A stretch of DNA of 64,000 nucleotides. It comes from the human T2T-CHM13v2.0 reference genome, Homo sapiens. The position numbers and the translations under genes were made by a program. The stretch lies in NCBI RefSeq assembly GCF_009914755.1, contig NC_060933.1. One strand, given 5' to 3'. The first letter of the stretch is position 1, and every line of letters starts with the position of its first letter. The notes beneath the pieces were generated by a model, which was not told the DNA's origin, ran no database searches, and was given only the letters and a program-made list of their open reading frames with translations. This document shows positions 1 to 13,550 of this stretch, one piece after another.

Positions 1-2421
1 TAAAGAATTTATAATTGATATAATGTTTGATATGAAAGTTAGATTTTTTTGTTTAATTTCATTTTGCTTATCCTGGCTGCCAAAAGTAACAAGATTTTTC
101 TTTATTATGCATAAGTAAACTAATGATTCTATTGAGCAATGAATCAATGAAGATATTGAATAAATAGATCAATGGATCTCATCCTTCATTGTATATGTAC
201 AAAATATCATACTTCAGGTTTTCACAAATAAGGAAAAAATGCTTTTCAAGAGTATCATCCTAAAGATCATGCCCCTAAATAAGACACCATTAAAGTCATG
301 AAAAATTACTTTTCGCATTCTGTGTATATACCAGAACTGCAAATTAATAACATTTTAGTGTTTCATGAGTCATTATTTTTCTTCATACTTCCTCTTGCTG
401 TTTACTCTCAATATAGCAATTGCAATCATCTACTCTAATGAAATTTAAACTGCTAGAATATTACAATCTGTGTGTATGTGTATATGTAAACATATGTGTT
501 TGTTTTATTATCGATACTTGATTTTATGCATATTTATGGGGTACATGTGATACTTTGTTACAAGCATAGAATGTGTAATGAATCAATCAGTCAGGGTATT
601 TAAGATATCCATCATCTTAACATGTATCATTTTATGTGTTAGGAAGATTTGAATATCTTTATTCTAGCTATATACAAATATACAATATATTACTGTTAAC
701 TATACTCATCCTAACCTCTTATCAAATATTAACACTTAATTCTTTCTAGCTAGCTGTATGTTTGCATGTATTAACCAGTCTTTCTTCACCCTTCCCCCAA
801 CTCACCCCAACTCACTAGAGCCTTCCTAGTCTCTAGTAACTATCATCCTACTTTTTACTTTCATGAGGTTAGATTTTTTAACTCCTGCATATTACTGAGA
901 AATTGTGGTATTTGTCTTTATGGATTTGGTTTACTTCATTTAACATAAGGACCTCCAGCTCCATCTATATTGCTGCAAGTGACAGGATTTGATTTTTTTG
1001 TGGCTAAGTAGTATTCAATTGTGTAAATATCCCACATTTTCATTATCCACTCATCCAGTGTACGACACTTATTCTGGTTCTATATCCTTGCTATTGTGAA
1101 TAGTCCTGCAATAAACATGTAGGTGCAGGTATCTCTTTGACATACTTATTTTTTCTTTTGAATAAAGAGCCAGTAGTGGGATTGCTGGAACATATGGCAG
1201 TTCTATTTTTAGTTTTTTGAAAAACCATCTATACTATTTTTCATAATGGCTCTACTGATTTACATTCCCACCAGGAGTGTAAAAAAGTTCCCTCTTCACA
1301 GACTTGCCAGCATCTGTTAATTTTTTTTCTTTGTCTTTTTAAATAATAGTCATTCTAACTGGAGTAAGATGATAGCTCATGGAGTGGAGCATTTATTTAT
1401 ATTTCGGCTGGCCATTTTTATATCTTCTTTTGATAAATGGCTTTTAGACCCTTTTCCCAATTTTTGTTATTATTTCTTTTCATGCTATTTCATCAAATTC
1501 CTTGTATATTCTGGATATTAGACAGATGTGAAATTAATAGCTAACAAATTTTTTCTCCTGTTTACCAGGTTCTCTCTTCACTCTGCTAATTGTTCCTTTT
1601 ACTGTGTAGATTCTTTTAGTTAAATATAATTCATTTTTGAAAATTTTTTCTTTTGTTGCTTATGTTTTTGAAGTCTTAGCTATACAATCTTTGCCTAGAA
1701 GAATGCCCTGGAGTGCTTTCCTGTATTCTTTTCTAGTTGTTTTATAGTTTGGGGTCTTAAATTTAAGTATTTAATCCACTTTGAGTTGATTTTTAATATA
1801 TATATATATACAATGAGAGACAAGGGTCTATTATCATACTTTTGCATGTGAATATCCAGTTTTTTCATTATTATTATTGAATAGGGAGTCCGTTCTTCAA
1901 TGTATATTCTTGGTGCCAAGTCAAAAATCAGTTGACTATAAAAATGTGGATTTATTTCTGGGTTCTCTATTCTGTTCCATTGGTTTATGTATCTATTTTT
2001 ATGCCAATACCATCCTATTTTGATTAGTATAGCTTTGTCAAATATTTTGAAGTCAGATAATATGATGCCTTCAGCTTTTTTTTTTATTGCATTGACTATT
2101 CAGGTTATTTTTTGGTTCCATACAAATTTTCGAATTGTTTTTCCTATTTCTGTGAAAAAATGTCATTAGTATTTTGATAAGGGATTGCATTGAATCTGTA
2201 TATTGCTTTGAAATGATATTAATTCTTCCAGTCCATGAACTTGTGCTGTCTTTCCATTTGTTTGTGCCCTTGTTAACTTCTTTCATCAGTAGTAGCTGTC
2301 TTTGTAAAGTTCTTCCATCTCTTTGGTCATATTTACTCCATGGGTTTTTTTTTTTTTTTTTTGCAGATATGTAAATATTCTTGATTTATTTTTTAGCTAG
2401 TTCATTATTGTTGTATAGGAA

Positions 2422-2928
2422 CGATGCAGGTGAACCCCAAAATTGGGACCCGACTCTGGAGAGATTTTGGCTTCACTCAGGAAAGAGTTCAAGAGCAAGC
2501 TGGCAGTGAAAGAAAGCAATTTTTTTTTTTTTTGAGTAAAATTGTACAGCAATATGGCTGCTCCTTAGACACAACAGGGCTATCCCATAGGGAGAGTAGT
2601 TCCTGTGGTGCTGAGCTATCCCAGAGGAAGCCCTTGTGGATTGCCAACTAGCTATATTTATACCTAATCCTAATGATATGCTAAAAAAAAAGGTGGGGGA
2701 GGCAAATTATTTACAAACTTTCTGGAAACGGGGAAGGGAGTTCCTGGAACCAAATAAAGTAAATTCCAGATTGCTGCCATGGCATTTCTAAACTGTCATG
2801 ACACTGGTTGGAGTGTCTCATGTAAATGCATTAATTCCTAGCCCTAACTGGTTTTGGCTGGTTTCTTTGCTACATCTTGTTTAGATCAGCAGCGTGGTGG
2901 AAACAAGTCTTGCTGACCTCCTATCTCA
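2422..2928 (-). mobile_element. ERV1-class solo LTR (MER41-related family) inserted in the L1MA
   Basis: Minus strand starts TGAGATAGGAGGTCAGCAAGAC and ends ...GGGGTTCACCTGCATCG (CA decayed). Internal similarity to the MER41 group (CATGACAGTTTAGAAATGCCATGGCAGCA). Degenerate 4-bp TSD ggaa/gaaa. L1 sequence resumes in register. Exact family not assigned. Confidence 0.75.
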
Positions 2929-3845
2929 GAAACACTATTGATCTTTTTATGATGATTTTGTATCCTGCAACTGCTAAATTGTTTATGAGATCTAAGAGGT
3001 TTATGTGGAGTCTTTAGGTTTTTCTAAATATAACATCATGTCATCTGCAAAGAGGAACAATTTGGCTTCTTCTTTTCCAATCTGTAGGCCTTTTAATTTT
3101 TCTCTTGCCTGATTGTCCTAACTAGGGCTTCCACTACTACACTGAGCAGGAATTTGAAAGTGGAAATCTTTATCTTGTTCTAGATGTTAGATTAAAGGCT
3201 TTTAGCTTTTCCCTGCTCAATATGTTATTAGCTGTGGGTTTGTCATATATGATCTTTATTATATCTAGGTATGTTCCTTCTGTGTCTAGCTTATTGTGAG
3301 TTTTTATCATGAAGGGATGTTGAATTTTTCAAATGCTTTTCAGATATCTGTTGAGATGATCACATTGTTTTTGTCCTTTGTTCTGTTGCTACAATGTGTC
3401 ATGTTTATTCAATTGCTTATGTTGAACTATCCTTGCATCCCTGGAAGAAATTCCACTTAATTATGGGGGAGTATCTTTTGGATATATTGTTGGATTCTAT
3501 TAGCTAGAATTATGTTGAGAATTTTTGTATCTATGCTTATAGAATTATTGACTTATAGTTTATTGTTGTTGCTGTTGTTGCATCTTTTCTGGGTTTGGTG
3601 TCAACATAATGCTGGCCTTATAGAATGAGTTAGGGAGAATTTCCTCCTCTTCAATATTTTAATAATTTGAGGAGATTGATGTTAGTTTTATGTATGTGTG
3701 TATATATATAGATAAATATAAATATATACATAAATATATATTATATCACAAGTAAATATATATGTTTATATAGTAAGTCAATATATAAATATATATACTT
3801 ATATATAAATATAAAACTTATCTATATAAATATATATGTATATAA

Positions 3846-4202
3846 AATATGATTTGGCTGTGTCGCCACCCAAATTTCATCTTGAATTGTAGCTCTTATA
3901 ATTCCCACATGTTGTGGGAGGGAACCAGTGGGAGATAATTGAATCATGGCGGTGGTTTCCTCCATACTGTTCTAATGGTAGTGAATAAGTCTCAGGAGAT
4001 CTGATGATTTTATAAGGGGTTTCCCCTTTCACTTGGCTCTCATTCTCTTCTGTCTGCTGCCATGTAAGATGTGCCTTTTGCCTTCCACCATGATTACGAG
4101 GCCTCCCCAGCCACGTGGAACTGTGAGTCCATTAAACCTCTTTTTCTTTATAAATTACCAAGTCTCACATATGTCTTTATCAGCAGTATGAAAACAAATA
4201 CA
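3846..4202 (+). mobile_element. THE1 (probably THE1C) MaLR solo LTR
   Basis: Matches THE1 consensus: atatgatttggctgtgtcgccacccaaatttcatcttgaattgtagctc ... attaaacctcttttt ... cagcagtatgaaaacaaataca; ~355 bp. Confidence 0.9.
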
Positions 4203-4308
4203 ATATATAAACATATATATATATATATATATATATGTTTGAGGTATATATATATACCTCACAATATATATTGTTGTATACAAATGTTTTATAGAAATTG
4301 TGTAGAAA

Positions 4309-4399
4309 TGATGCAGGTGAACCCCCAAGTTGGGGCTCAGCTCTGGAGAGATTTTGGCTTCACTCAGGAAAGAATTCAAGAATAGCCAACATTGAAAGA
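4309..4399 (-). repeat. Partial second copy of the end of the 2422-2928 LTR
   Basis: tgatgcaggtgaacccc...ctctggagagattttggcttcactcaggaaaga aligns with 2422-2513; about 15 differences in ~90 bp by eye. Confidence 0.85.
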
Positions 4400-4403
4400 T
4401 TCA

Positions 4404-4452
<49 letters not shown>

Positions 4453-7400
4453 AGACTGACAGGAGGAAAAGCAGCAAAGTATCTGAGTTTGGGGCCTTGT
4501 GCCCAGTCATGCTTGTTTAGGCCCTTGTCCCTGTCTGCTTCCCTGGGTCATGCATGATCATGTACATATATATATATATGATATATAAACATATATGTGT
4601 CTAAATATATATAAATATTTATATATAAAAACATATATATTTCTATAAACATTTACATAAGCTTAAAGATATACGTATAAGTTCGGTAGAATTCAGCAGT
4701 GAAGCCATCTGATTTTGGCTTTTGTTTATTGGAAGACTTTTACTATTAATTAAATCTTGTTATTTATTACTAGTCCATGGAAGTTTTCTATTTATCTTGA
4801 TTCAGTCTCGGTAGTTGTATATTTCCTGAAATTTCTCCATTTCTTCTAGGTTTTTTAGGTTGTTACTGTTCATTATATTCTCTGATGATATTTTGGAGTT
4901 TTGTGGAATCAGTTGTAATGTCTCCTTTTTCATTTTTAATTGTGTATATTTGGATTATCTCTCTTTCTTTTTGGTTAGTTAAGCCAGTCATTTATCAATG
5001 TTGTTTGTATTTTTAAAAAAGCAACTTTTTGTTTCACTGATCCTTGGTATTGTTCTTTCAGTCTCTCTTTCATTACATTCAGTCACTATTTCCACGTTTT
5101 TCTTTTGTCTGTCTACTAATTTTGGGATTAGTTTGTTCTTGTTTTCTAATTGCTTGAGGTTCATTTAGTTGCTTTCTTGAAGCCTTGCTACTTTTTTGTT
5201 GTAGGCATTTGTTGCTATAAGTTTCCTTCTCAGAACTGCTTTTGCTATATATTATAGATTTTGGTATGCTGTGTTTCCACTTTAATTTTTTTAAAAATAA
5301 TTTTTATTTTTTTCTCAATTTCTTCATTGAACAAAATATTATTCAGGGGCATGTTGTTTAATTTCCATATGTATGTACGGTTTCAAAATCTCCTCTGGCT
5401 ATTGATTTTTAATTTTATTCCATTGCATTCTGAGAATATATTTGATATGGTTTTGATTTTTAAAAATGTGTTGAGATTTGTTTTGTGTTTTTACCTATGG
5501 TCTATTTTGGAGAATTTTTCATAGGCTGATGAGAAGAATGTGTATTCTGCAGCTGCTGGATAGAATGTTCTGTTAATGTCTGTTAGGTTCATTTGGTCTA
5601 AAGTTCAGTTTACATCTAAGGTTTCTTTTTTTGATTTTCGGTCAAGATGATCTATCTAAAGCTAAGAGTGGGTGTAAAATCCCCAACAATTATTTTATGA
5701 GAGTCATCACTACCTTTAGATCTAATCGTATTTGCTTTATATATCTGGGCACTATGGTATTGGGAGCATATATATTTAGAATTGCCATATCCTCTTGCTG
5801 AGTTAATCCCTTTATTTAATGACCTTCTTTGTGTCTTTTTACTGTTTTTGACTTAAAATATATTTTATCTGAAATAAGCATAACTACTCCTGCTCACTGT
5901 GCCTTCTATTTACATGGGATTTTTTTACCCTTTTTTTAAATGTCTATATGTCTTTACAGTTGAAACTATTTTCTTGTAGGCAGAATTTTGATGATGTTTT
6001 ATTAATTCATTGAGTCTAACTCTTTTAAGTAGAAAATTTAATTTATTGACATTGAATATAGTTATTGATATATGAAGACTTATTCTTGCCATTTTGTTAA
6101 TTGTTTTTCTGGTTGTTTTGTATATCTTTTATTCCTTTCTCTCTCATTGTTTATTGTTGTGTTATGGTGGTTTTCTGCAGTGGTAATATTTGAGTCCTTT
6201 TTCTTCCTCATTTGTGTGTTTGCTCTACCAATGAGTTTTATATTTTCACTTGTTTTTATCACGGTAGATAGCATTCTTTTGCTTCTAGCTGTAAAACTCC
6301 CTTAAACATTTCTTGTAGGGTAGGTCTAGTGGTGATGATAACTTTATTGGGGAAAGTATTTTTAGCTGATAGTTTTCTTAGTTTTTGTTTTTTTGTTTGT
6401 TTTTCTCTCAGTACTTTGAATATATCATCCCATTCTCTCCTGGCCTGTAAGGTTTCTACTGAGAATTGTTTTGTTATTCTGATAAGGTTTCCCTTATATG
6501 TGGCTTAGACACTTTTGCTGTTTTTAGATTTCTCTCTTTATTTTTGCCATATGACAGGTTGACTATAACGTGCCTTGGAAAAGAATTTTGTGATTTGTGT
6601 CTTGGTATATCTGACCTCCAGTATCTGGATATCTAAACCTCTTGTTAGGCAAAATAGTTGACATGTTTCTAGCTATTATTTTGTTAAATAGGTTTTTTAG
6701 CCATTTATCTTCTCTTTACCTTCTGGAAAAGACAAAATTCAGATTTTTGGTCACTTTATTATGTCATATATATCACATAAGCTTTTAAAAATTATGATTT
6801 GTCTTATTTTGTTTTCTCTTACAGCATTATTTCAAAAGAAACATTTTCAAGTCCTGATATTTTTTCTTCTGCTTGACCTAGTTTATTGTTGAAGATCTTG
6901 TTTTTTTGTTTTTGTTTTTGTTTTTTGTTTTCATCCATGGAATTCTGCAAATCCAAGATTTCTACTTGGTTCTTTTTAATGATATCTACCTATTTGACAA
7001 GTTTCTTATCCATATCCTGAGTTGTTTACTTACCTTTTTTTTGTATTATTCGTCTGTGTTCTCTTCTATCTCACTGAGCTTACTTAACATCATAAGTTTG
7101 AATTTGCTATCAGGCATTTCATAATTTTTTAAATTGAAATCTTTTGCTGGAAAATTATTGTCTTCCTCATGAGGTATTAAATTTTCTTGTTTGTCATGTT
7201 TCTTGTGTCTCTATGGTCATAAATGACACATAAATGACACTTTATGGAGATATGGTCATATCTCCCATCGGGTGACAGTCACTTCTTCCACTTTTTTTTA
7301 AATAGCTTTCATCGGGGAAGACCTTCTACTGAAGATGTATTTATGGAGTAGTTTGGGTAGGGTACTTTAGCTTTGATTTTGGGTACATGCAGTAGTGTAG

Positions 7401-8439
7401 CTTTCACATTGTTTTTTTTTTTTTTTAAACTGTAAAGAGTCAGTGGTGTCTGTGATTTACTTAGTGGCTGATGCTGTGTTTGTTAGTGGAAACTGTGGTG
7501 AGGGTTTGCTGAGGAGAGGGGCAAATGGGTGATCTTCAGGCCCTTGGTGACATTTTGAGTGGTGGTGACAGTGTCATCAGTGGTGGACAGGAAAGGCCTA
7601 TCTCAGGGTGCATTCAAGTCCTTTGAAACCCTGGAGTTGGTTGCAGCAGCACCAGGAAGGCAACTCTCAGACTTTGGGAAGCATGAGTTTCGGCCTCCAC
7701 CATTGGTGGCAGTGGTAGTGGCAGCAATAACAGTCATAGTGGAAGCAGTTGGAGGAACCCGTTTTCAGAGCATGTGAGAGTGTGTAGAATCCGTGCTGCT
7801 GGTGTGGAGGTTTGCTACCAATAACAACAGCCCAGGGTAGGCAGCTGTTAGGCTCTGAGGAATGTGTATTTTATGCCCCAGCAGAAGGTCAGAAGAGCCT
7901 GTCCTCAGGTTTGGGAAAATGTGTGGTGGTCCTGCTGCTGGGAGGTAGAGTAGCTGTCAGTGGCAGCTTCCCCAAAGAGGTGGCTCTCAAGCTTTGAGAA
8001 GAATGTGCTTGAGCCCTGGAAGCAATGGTTGTGGTGGCAGTAAGCACAGAACGTTATAAGTTTTGTAAAAATTTATTAATACTAAAATTGAATGATTCTC
8101 AAGCTTTATTGTTAAATGAAAAAGTAAGCTCTAGAAAGATATATTCTGTAATGTTTGTTTCTTTTATATATTCCAATTAGTAGCAACAACAAAAAGAAAG
8201 AGCCATGGCTCATTAAGGAATGAAAATTCATGTAGGCCATTTTGGGAAAGAATGTTTTTATGGAGAACAAAAGTGAATTTAATGGTTAAAATGTGCTTTG
8301 GGAATATCAGTCATCCATGTGTAGACAATGATGAATGAACGTTGGCTTACTCAATAGCCTTTCACACTTCCTCTCTGTTGCTTTCCCTCATTATTGTTTG
8401 GAAGTAAAATAGTTCTATTATAAGCTTCTTATAAAGCTG

Positions 8440-8930
8440 TAGTTAACTGTGTCTCATAGATGACATAGTTCTGTACATTGAGACATACATTAAATTATGT
8501 GGTGAAGGTTTCTTCTCTCAAATGAAACCTTACAAAAAAAAAGCTCCTTTCTTATTTTCTTGCCTGGAATGTTAGTATTATGCCTGCAGATGCAGTAACA
8601 CCCCTATGACCATAAGGATGAAGAAAATTGGATCCTTGATCTGGGCAATCCCTGGGAGAGCATTCACAACGTACTCTGTGTAAACTGTTCTGTTTCCTTC
8701 ACGTTCTGCAACAGGTTTGACCCTGAATAAAAGCCAAGTGCTAATGTCCCTAGTGTAGAAAGATTGTAACAGCCAGGGTTTTTATTGTATCTAAGAACTC
8801 TATTGGATCAGATTTGAATAGTATCCCTGAAGATCTCTTTTGTTACATTAAAAATATACTTTTTTCCTGGTTTAAGTCATTTGTATTGACATATTTTGTT
8901 ACCTTTAAATAAACATAGACCTAACTTACC
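8440..8930 (+). mobile_element. Degraded MLT1-type MaLR LTR
   Basis: MLT1-like motifs tgcctggaatg...atgcctgcagatgcag...gaccataagg and 3' gtttaagtcat...ttttgttac...cctaact. Confidence 0.45.
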
Positions 8931-11900
8931 CAACATGCTACTTGTTTGTTTTTTTAAGGTTTACCTAACAGAAAGTTTTAAAGCTGATAAATATCCAGAT
9001 CATATAGTAATAATTGTAGTAACAATATATAATGGTAGAAGCACCATATAAATTAATTTGTAATCTATAATATTTTAGACAGTTTGATTACCTGACATCA
9101 TTTACCTAAAATTATATTTGAACTCTATGAGCACAAATAAATTAATATTGCCATCTCACAAAAGACATTATGTTAAAGAATATGTTCATATGACAATTAT
9201 GTTTTCTCAAATAAGAAAAGGAGAAGAATATAAAATGAGAAGAAGGAACAAAAAATAAAATAGTTTTTTACATTTATTTAAGGTATAAACACTGGTATCT
9301 CTTTCCATTTCCCTCATTCACTTAAAAAATGTATTGAAAACAAGCTAGATGGATCAATATTTATGTATAAATTTTATCATTTTTTTTCTCATTGAGCAAA
9401 AGTCCTTAAATGAAACTTTAGTTTTGTTACACAACCTTTAATTTCATTTGGGTTACAAAAATCTGTAGCATTCACAGATGCATATAAAATAATTTCCTTT
9501 AAAAAATAGAATTAAATGTATTGAATTTATGTAATAAGAATGTGTCCATTATGTAAAATTTAGAAAATAAAGAGTGGAGAACAATAACATATTTTGGTTA
9601 CCTCATCACACAGAAGACTTTAAAAAATTTGACTTTGTATCCTCCAGATTCATAGATAGATAAGTAGATAAAGAATTGATTGCTTTCTCTGTATCTCTAG
9701 TTCTCTCCCATTCCTTACAAAAAATATAAAAGGGATTATACTATTAACTATATTATACTTTGAAATGTTCTTTGTAAAATTACTATATTGTGAACCAATT
9801 CATAGTGATTAAAGAATATCAGCATAATGATGGTTTCTGTTTTAATGTATTTATCAAGCTGGAGGATATTTAAATTATTTTCTGTCATTTCTTTTTAAAA
9901 TAAGACTATGATAAAAAATATTTCTACAAAGTACCATTATGAAATTGCCCTTTAAATTAGTTGTACCACTAGGCTTATGAAAGTAATTGTTTCTCCACAT
10001 TGGCATTAACACCATGTATTATCTTTTTCTCTTTTTTATTTTACTTAAAATTTTAATTCCTTTTTATAATCTAATTTGAATGCTTTCATAAGCTGCTTGC
10101 CTATATCTTTGTGTCATGTTTCAATATAGTTGTCCTAATTAATATTTTAAATTATTTCATAAACTAAATATTATCTATTACAGATGATGTAGTGAATTTA
10201 TTTCACACTTGTAATCCATCATTTTCATTTGATTCTAATTTTATTATAGTTGTAATTGGTAGTGATGTTATTCTTTTTTTTTGTCTTTGTGAGTTAAATT
10301 TACTTTTGTGTTCAGGAAGCTAGAAAGATGACTTTAATTTTCTGTCCAATTCCAAATTTTTCTAATATTCTAAGATGCAATATTTATAAATAATACATTT
10401 TTATGTATTACTGAGTCAGCACAATATTTATAAACTTAAAATGAAATTACAGTAAATTTTACTGTTTGATAAGACAAAATTTTTTCTCATTACTCTTCTT
10501 TTTTGGAATATTTATAGTTATTCTGAGTTTTTTAATCCATTTAGATAATGTTAGAATCATTCATTATTTTTAGAATTGTGTTTGGATTTTTGCTATACTA
10601 TCCATCCAGCTGGATTGAATTTACATTTTGTAATGCAACTTCTCATATAGGAACATTTTATGTATTTTCATTTATTCAAGATATCTTTTGAACTTGTATG
10701 TCAAGTTTCATTATAGTCATAAGCCTTAAACATTCTCTAATTTTTTGTTATGTATCTTAATTTTTCATTATTATATTGAATGAAATTTGTCATCATATTT
10801 TCTAAATGTTTGTGAATTAAACAGCTACCTAAAAATTCTCTCTTATCCTATTACTGCAAAGTTTCCAAATAATTATTTATTATATTAATATTAAAATTTT
10901 CACACTATATTTTTAGTTATTTCTATATTTTCTATTTTTTTGATAAATCTTTCAAAACAGCATTAATAGCTTGGATAATGAATCTGAAACATAAGTTTGA
11001 ATAACATATTTGAAATAAGTTTCTATTTCTAAGGGGCAAGAAATTTCAAGGCAGACAATGTCTCTCCTTAAGGCTGAAACCATTCGATAAGTTATTTTAC
11101 ATATTTCTCAAAATAAAACAGAACACACTAGCATCTGTCCCTTTAAGAGAAAATTAAAAATAAGTTTGATGATCTGAGTAAAGCCCCAACTTACTCCAGG
11201 CATTGACTCTAGAGTCAGATGTCCAGAGAACTAAATTCTGTGGTCAGTAAGAGAATATTCCTAACAAGGTTATAGCTATTGAGATTAGTCTTCTTGTAAA
11301 CAGAATATAAAAGTTCAAACAGAATGATAAATTGTAAAGGAGCTCAGAGGCCTGAGACAGAGGGAGAGGTACTTTGTATGAACCAAAACCTGCACTTTGT
11401 AACAAGTTTGTTTTGCTTCCCTTCTTTGATACCATTTTCTGGAAAACTTCAGGTACAAAATCTTCTAAGATGAAGCTATGGAAAAGTTTATTGTTTCCCA
11501 TTTGGTTATAATTATTTGAATCTAAGAAGAGTTCTGTCCTTGGTTGGGTAGGAAGGTGGTGGGCTACACTTGGGACAGTATAAATCAGAACCTTAGAATT
11601 TATAAGACAGTGATTTTCCACATCTGTTAATCAAATCAACTTGCAGCTTTATATGACTTATAGATTCTTCAAATTCTCCATAAATTATCTAATTCCTGGG
11701 TTTTTAAAAAATGCGTATTATTTGAAAGTTTCTCAGAGATTGTGTGTATTTAGATTGTTTGAGAAATTAATGTGATGAGAAAAGAAAAACACAAGAAAAA
11801 GAGGTAATGCTCTTATCCCATGTCCCATTATTGACAAGGAGATATCTTCAAAAGCAAGATCATAGAGGACCTGGGTCTTGTATCATCTCAGAAGTTTTTA

Positions 11901-13094
11901 CATTTCTTTGTTTGAATCTTTCAGGACTGAACACTTCACCAGCAAACAGATTTATCTGATACATTAGGAGCTGGGTGCCTGCTATTCTTAAGTAAATCTT
12001 ATGTTCACAGGCACAAATCTCCTCCTAACTATTACTCTAGATCAGTAGCACTTAGAAGTCAAAGACAGAGACTATTCAAGTTACACAGTACAATTCTTAA
12101 GTTTTTCTTAGTGGGCTGGATGTTGGCACAGACTTATTCAGGGAAATTTAGAAGTTGGAAAAAGTAGGCTCTTTCAGAAACTATAAATAATGGAAGACTT
12201 TGTTTCTGAACATATTTTGTCAAGACAGATTGTAGGAGTCTGAAATCCAGGCTGATTTCCCAGGAAGTTTCCTTGCCTCTCTGGGGAAAAGGGTGGTGGT
12301 AGGAGGCATGCTGGGAAGGGAAGGAAGATATTTTGTTTCATTGCCTTGAATTTTGTCTGAATTATTTAATGAGGTATGAGATTCTATACTTGATAGCTGA
12401 TTACTATGTGGCCTTCATAAGTCAAATTTGTTTACTTTGCTTAAACATACAGGTACTCATATTTTACAATTACACATTTCATTTTTAAATTATTTTCTCT
12501 TTCTGTATTAAAAATTACATATTAGTGTTTAGTAAAATGATGGAGAAGATTAACCTACAACTATCTGACTATCATATGAAGAAGTTCAAAATCGTTTCCT
12601 AGAGTTGAAAAGACAGGAGGCATAATGCTGTAGTGATAAACAACAGAATCCTTGATTTCAGAATAAATTGGAATCAAATTCTATATATGACAAATATATA
12701 GACTCACTGAATGTAATGTTTCTATTGTCATGATCATCATCATCACCATCACCATCATATAATCCACAGCTGTGTAATTAGACTTGAGACATAGCAACCA
12801 TATAGCCTTTAGAGTAAAATCTATCATTTGTTTTCTAGGATTTAGGAAAAAAATCTGGCAGTTATTGAGGAATCTGTTTCTAGATTAGTGAATTTTGAAA
12901 ATTTTAGGCATCCATTTGCTTTTTCTTAATCTCACCAGAGAGGGAATTCTACCTGCTAGTCAGCAAGCAAATTTATCTGCAATATGACAATTTGGGGATC
13001 TTTTTTGAAACCAGAAGGGCTTTGATTTGCCTTCTATTGAATTTTTTTTCCAAATTAAGGCCTGTTTGATATTTGCCTATGTCTAATAATCATT

Positions 13095-13550
13095 TTCTTT
13101 TTAATCATTTTTTTAATCAACAGAATAAAAATACGTGTATTTATTGTGTACAATAAATCTGTTCATGATGTTTTGAATTTCAGATACATTGTGGAGTGAC
13201 TAAAACTAGCTTATTAACATATGCATTACCTGACATTGTTATTTTTTTGTGGTGAGAGCACTTTACATGCACTCTCTTAGCATTTTTCAAGAAAGATTAT
13301 AAATCCAGACAAGAACATTACAACAAATGAAAATTAGTCCAATATTACTGATGAACATAGATGCAAATATTCTCAGAAAATACTAACAAACCAAATTCAA
13401 CAGTACATTAAAAAAATCATTTGCCATTATCAAGTGGGATTCACTTCAGGAATGTAAGGATAATTTAACATATATTTATAAATCATTAAATAAAATACAT
13501 GACATTTACAGAGTGGAAGAAAACAACTATTTGATCATTTCAATAAACAT
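13095..13550. mobile_element. Old L1 fragments: antisense 3' end (13095-13292) joined to a sense ORF2 RT piece (13300-13550)
   Basis: Antisense L1MA tail (atatgcattacctgacattgttatttt...gtggtgagagcactt), then sense ctgatgaacatagatgcaaatattctc...caagtgggattc (LMNIDA..QVGF). Confidence 0.7.

Larger units (their letters stand above)
3690..4680. repeat. Complex (TA)n/(TG)n low-complexity array hosting several inserts
   Basis: TA-rich tracts at 3690-3845, 4203-4270, 4404-4445 and 4562-4680. Confidence 0.9.
503..8040 (-). mobile_element. Old near full-length LINE-1 (L1MA3/L1MA4-like), degraded; interrupted at 2422-2928 and about 3690-4680
   Basis: Antisense L1MA 3'UTR from ~505 (ggggtacatgtgatactttg...). 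Decayed ORF2 peptides on - (2071-2286 NKWKDSTSSWTGRINI; 1695-1919 [23 protein letters not shown]), then antisense ORF2 EN, ORF1 and a GC-richer 5' region to ~8040. Right boundary approximate. Confidence 0.85.

Noticed and set aside
11028-11150. Possible MITE bounded by tctaaggggcaaga / tctgtccctttaaga
   Set aside because: The inverted match is short and imperfect, with no TSD or family recognition.
11244-11621. 125-aa minus-strand ORF and other 60-130 aa ORFs in AT-rich DNA
   Set aside because: No recognisable homology, many have non-ATG starts, and lengths are compatible with chance.
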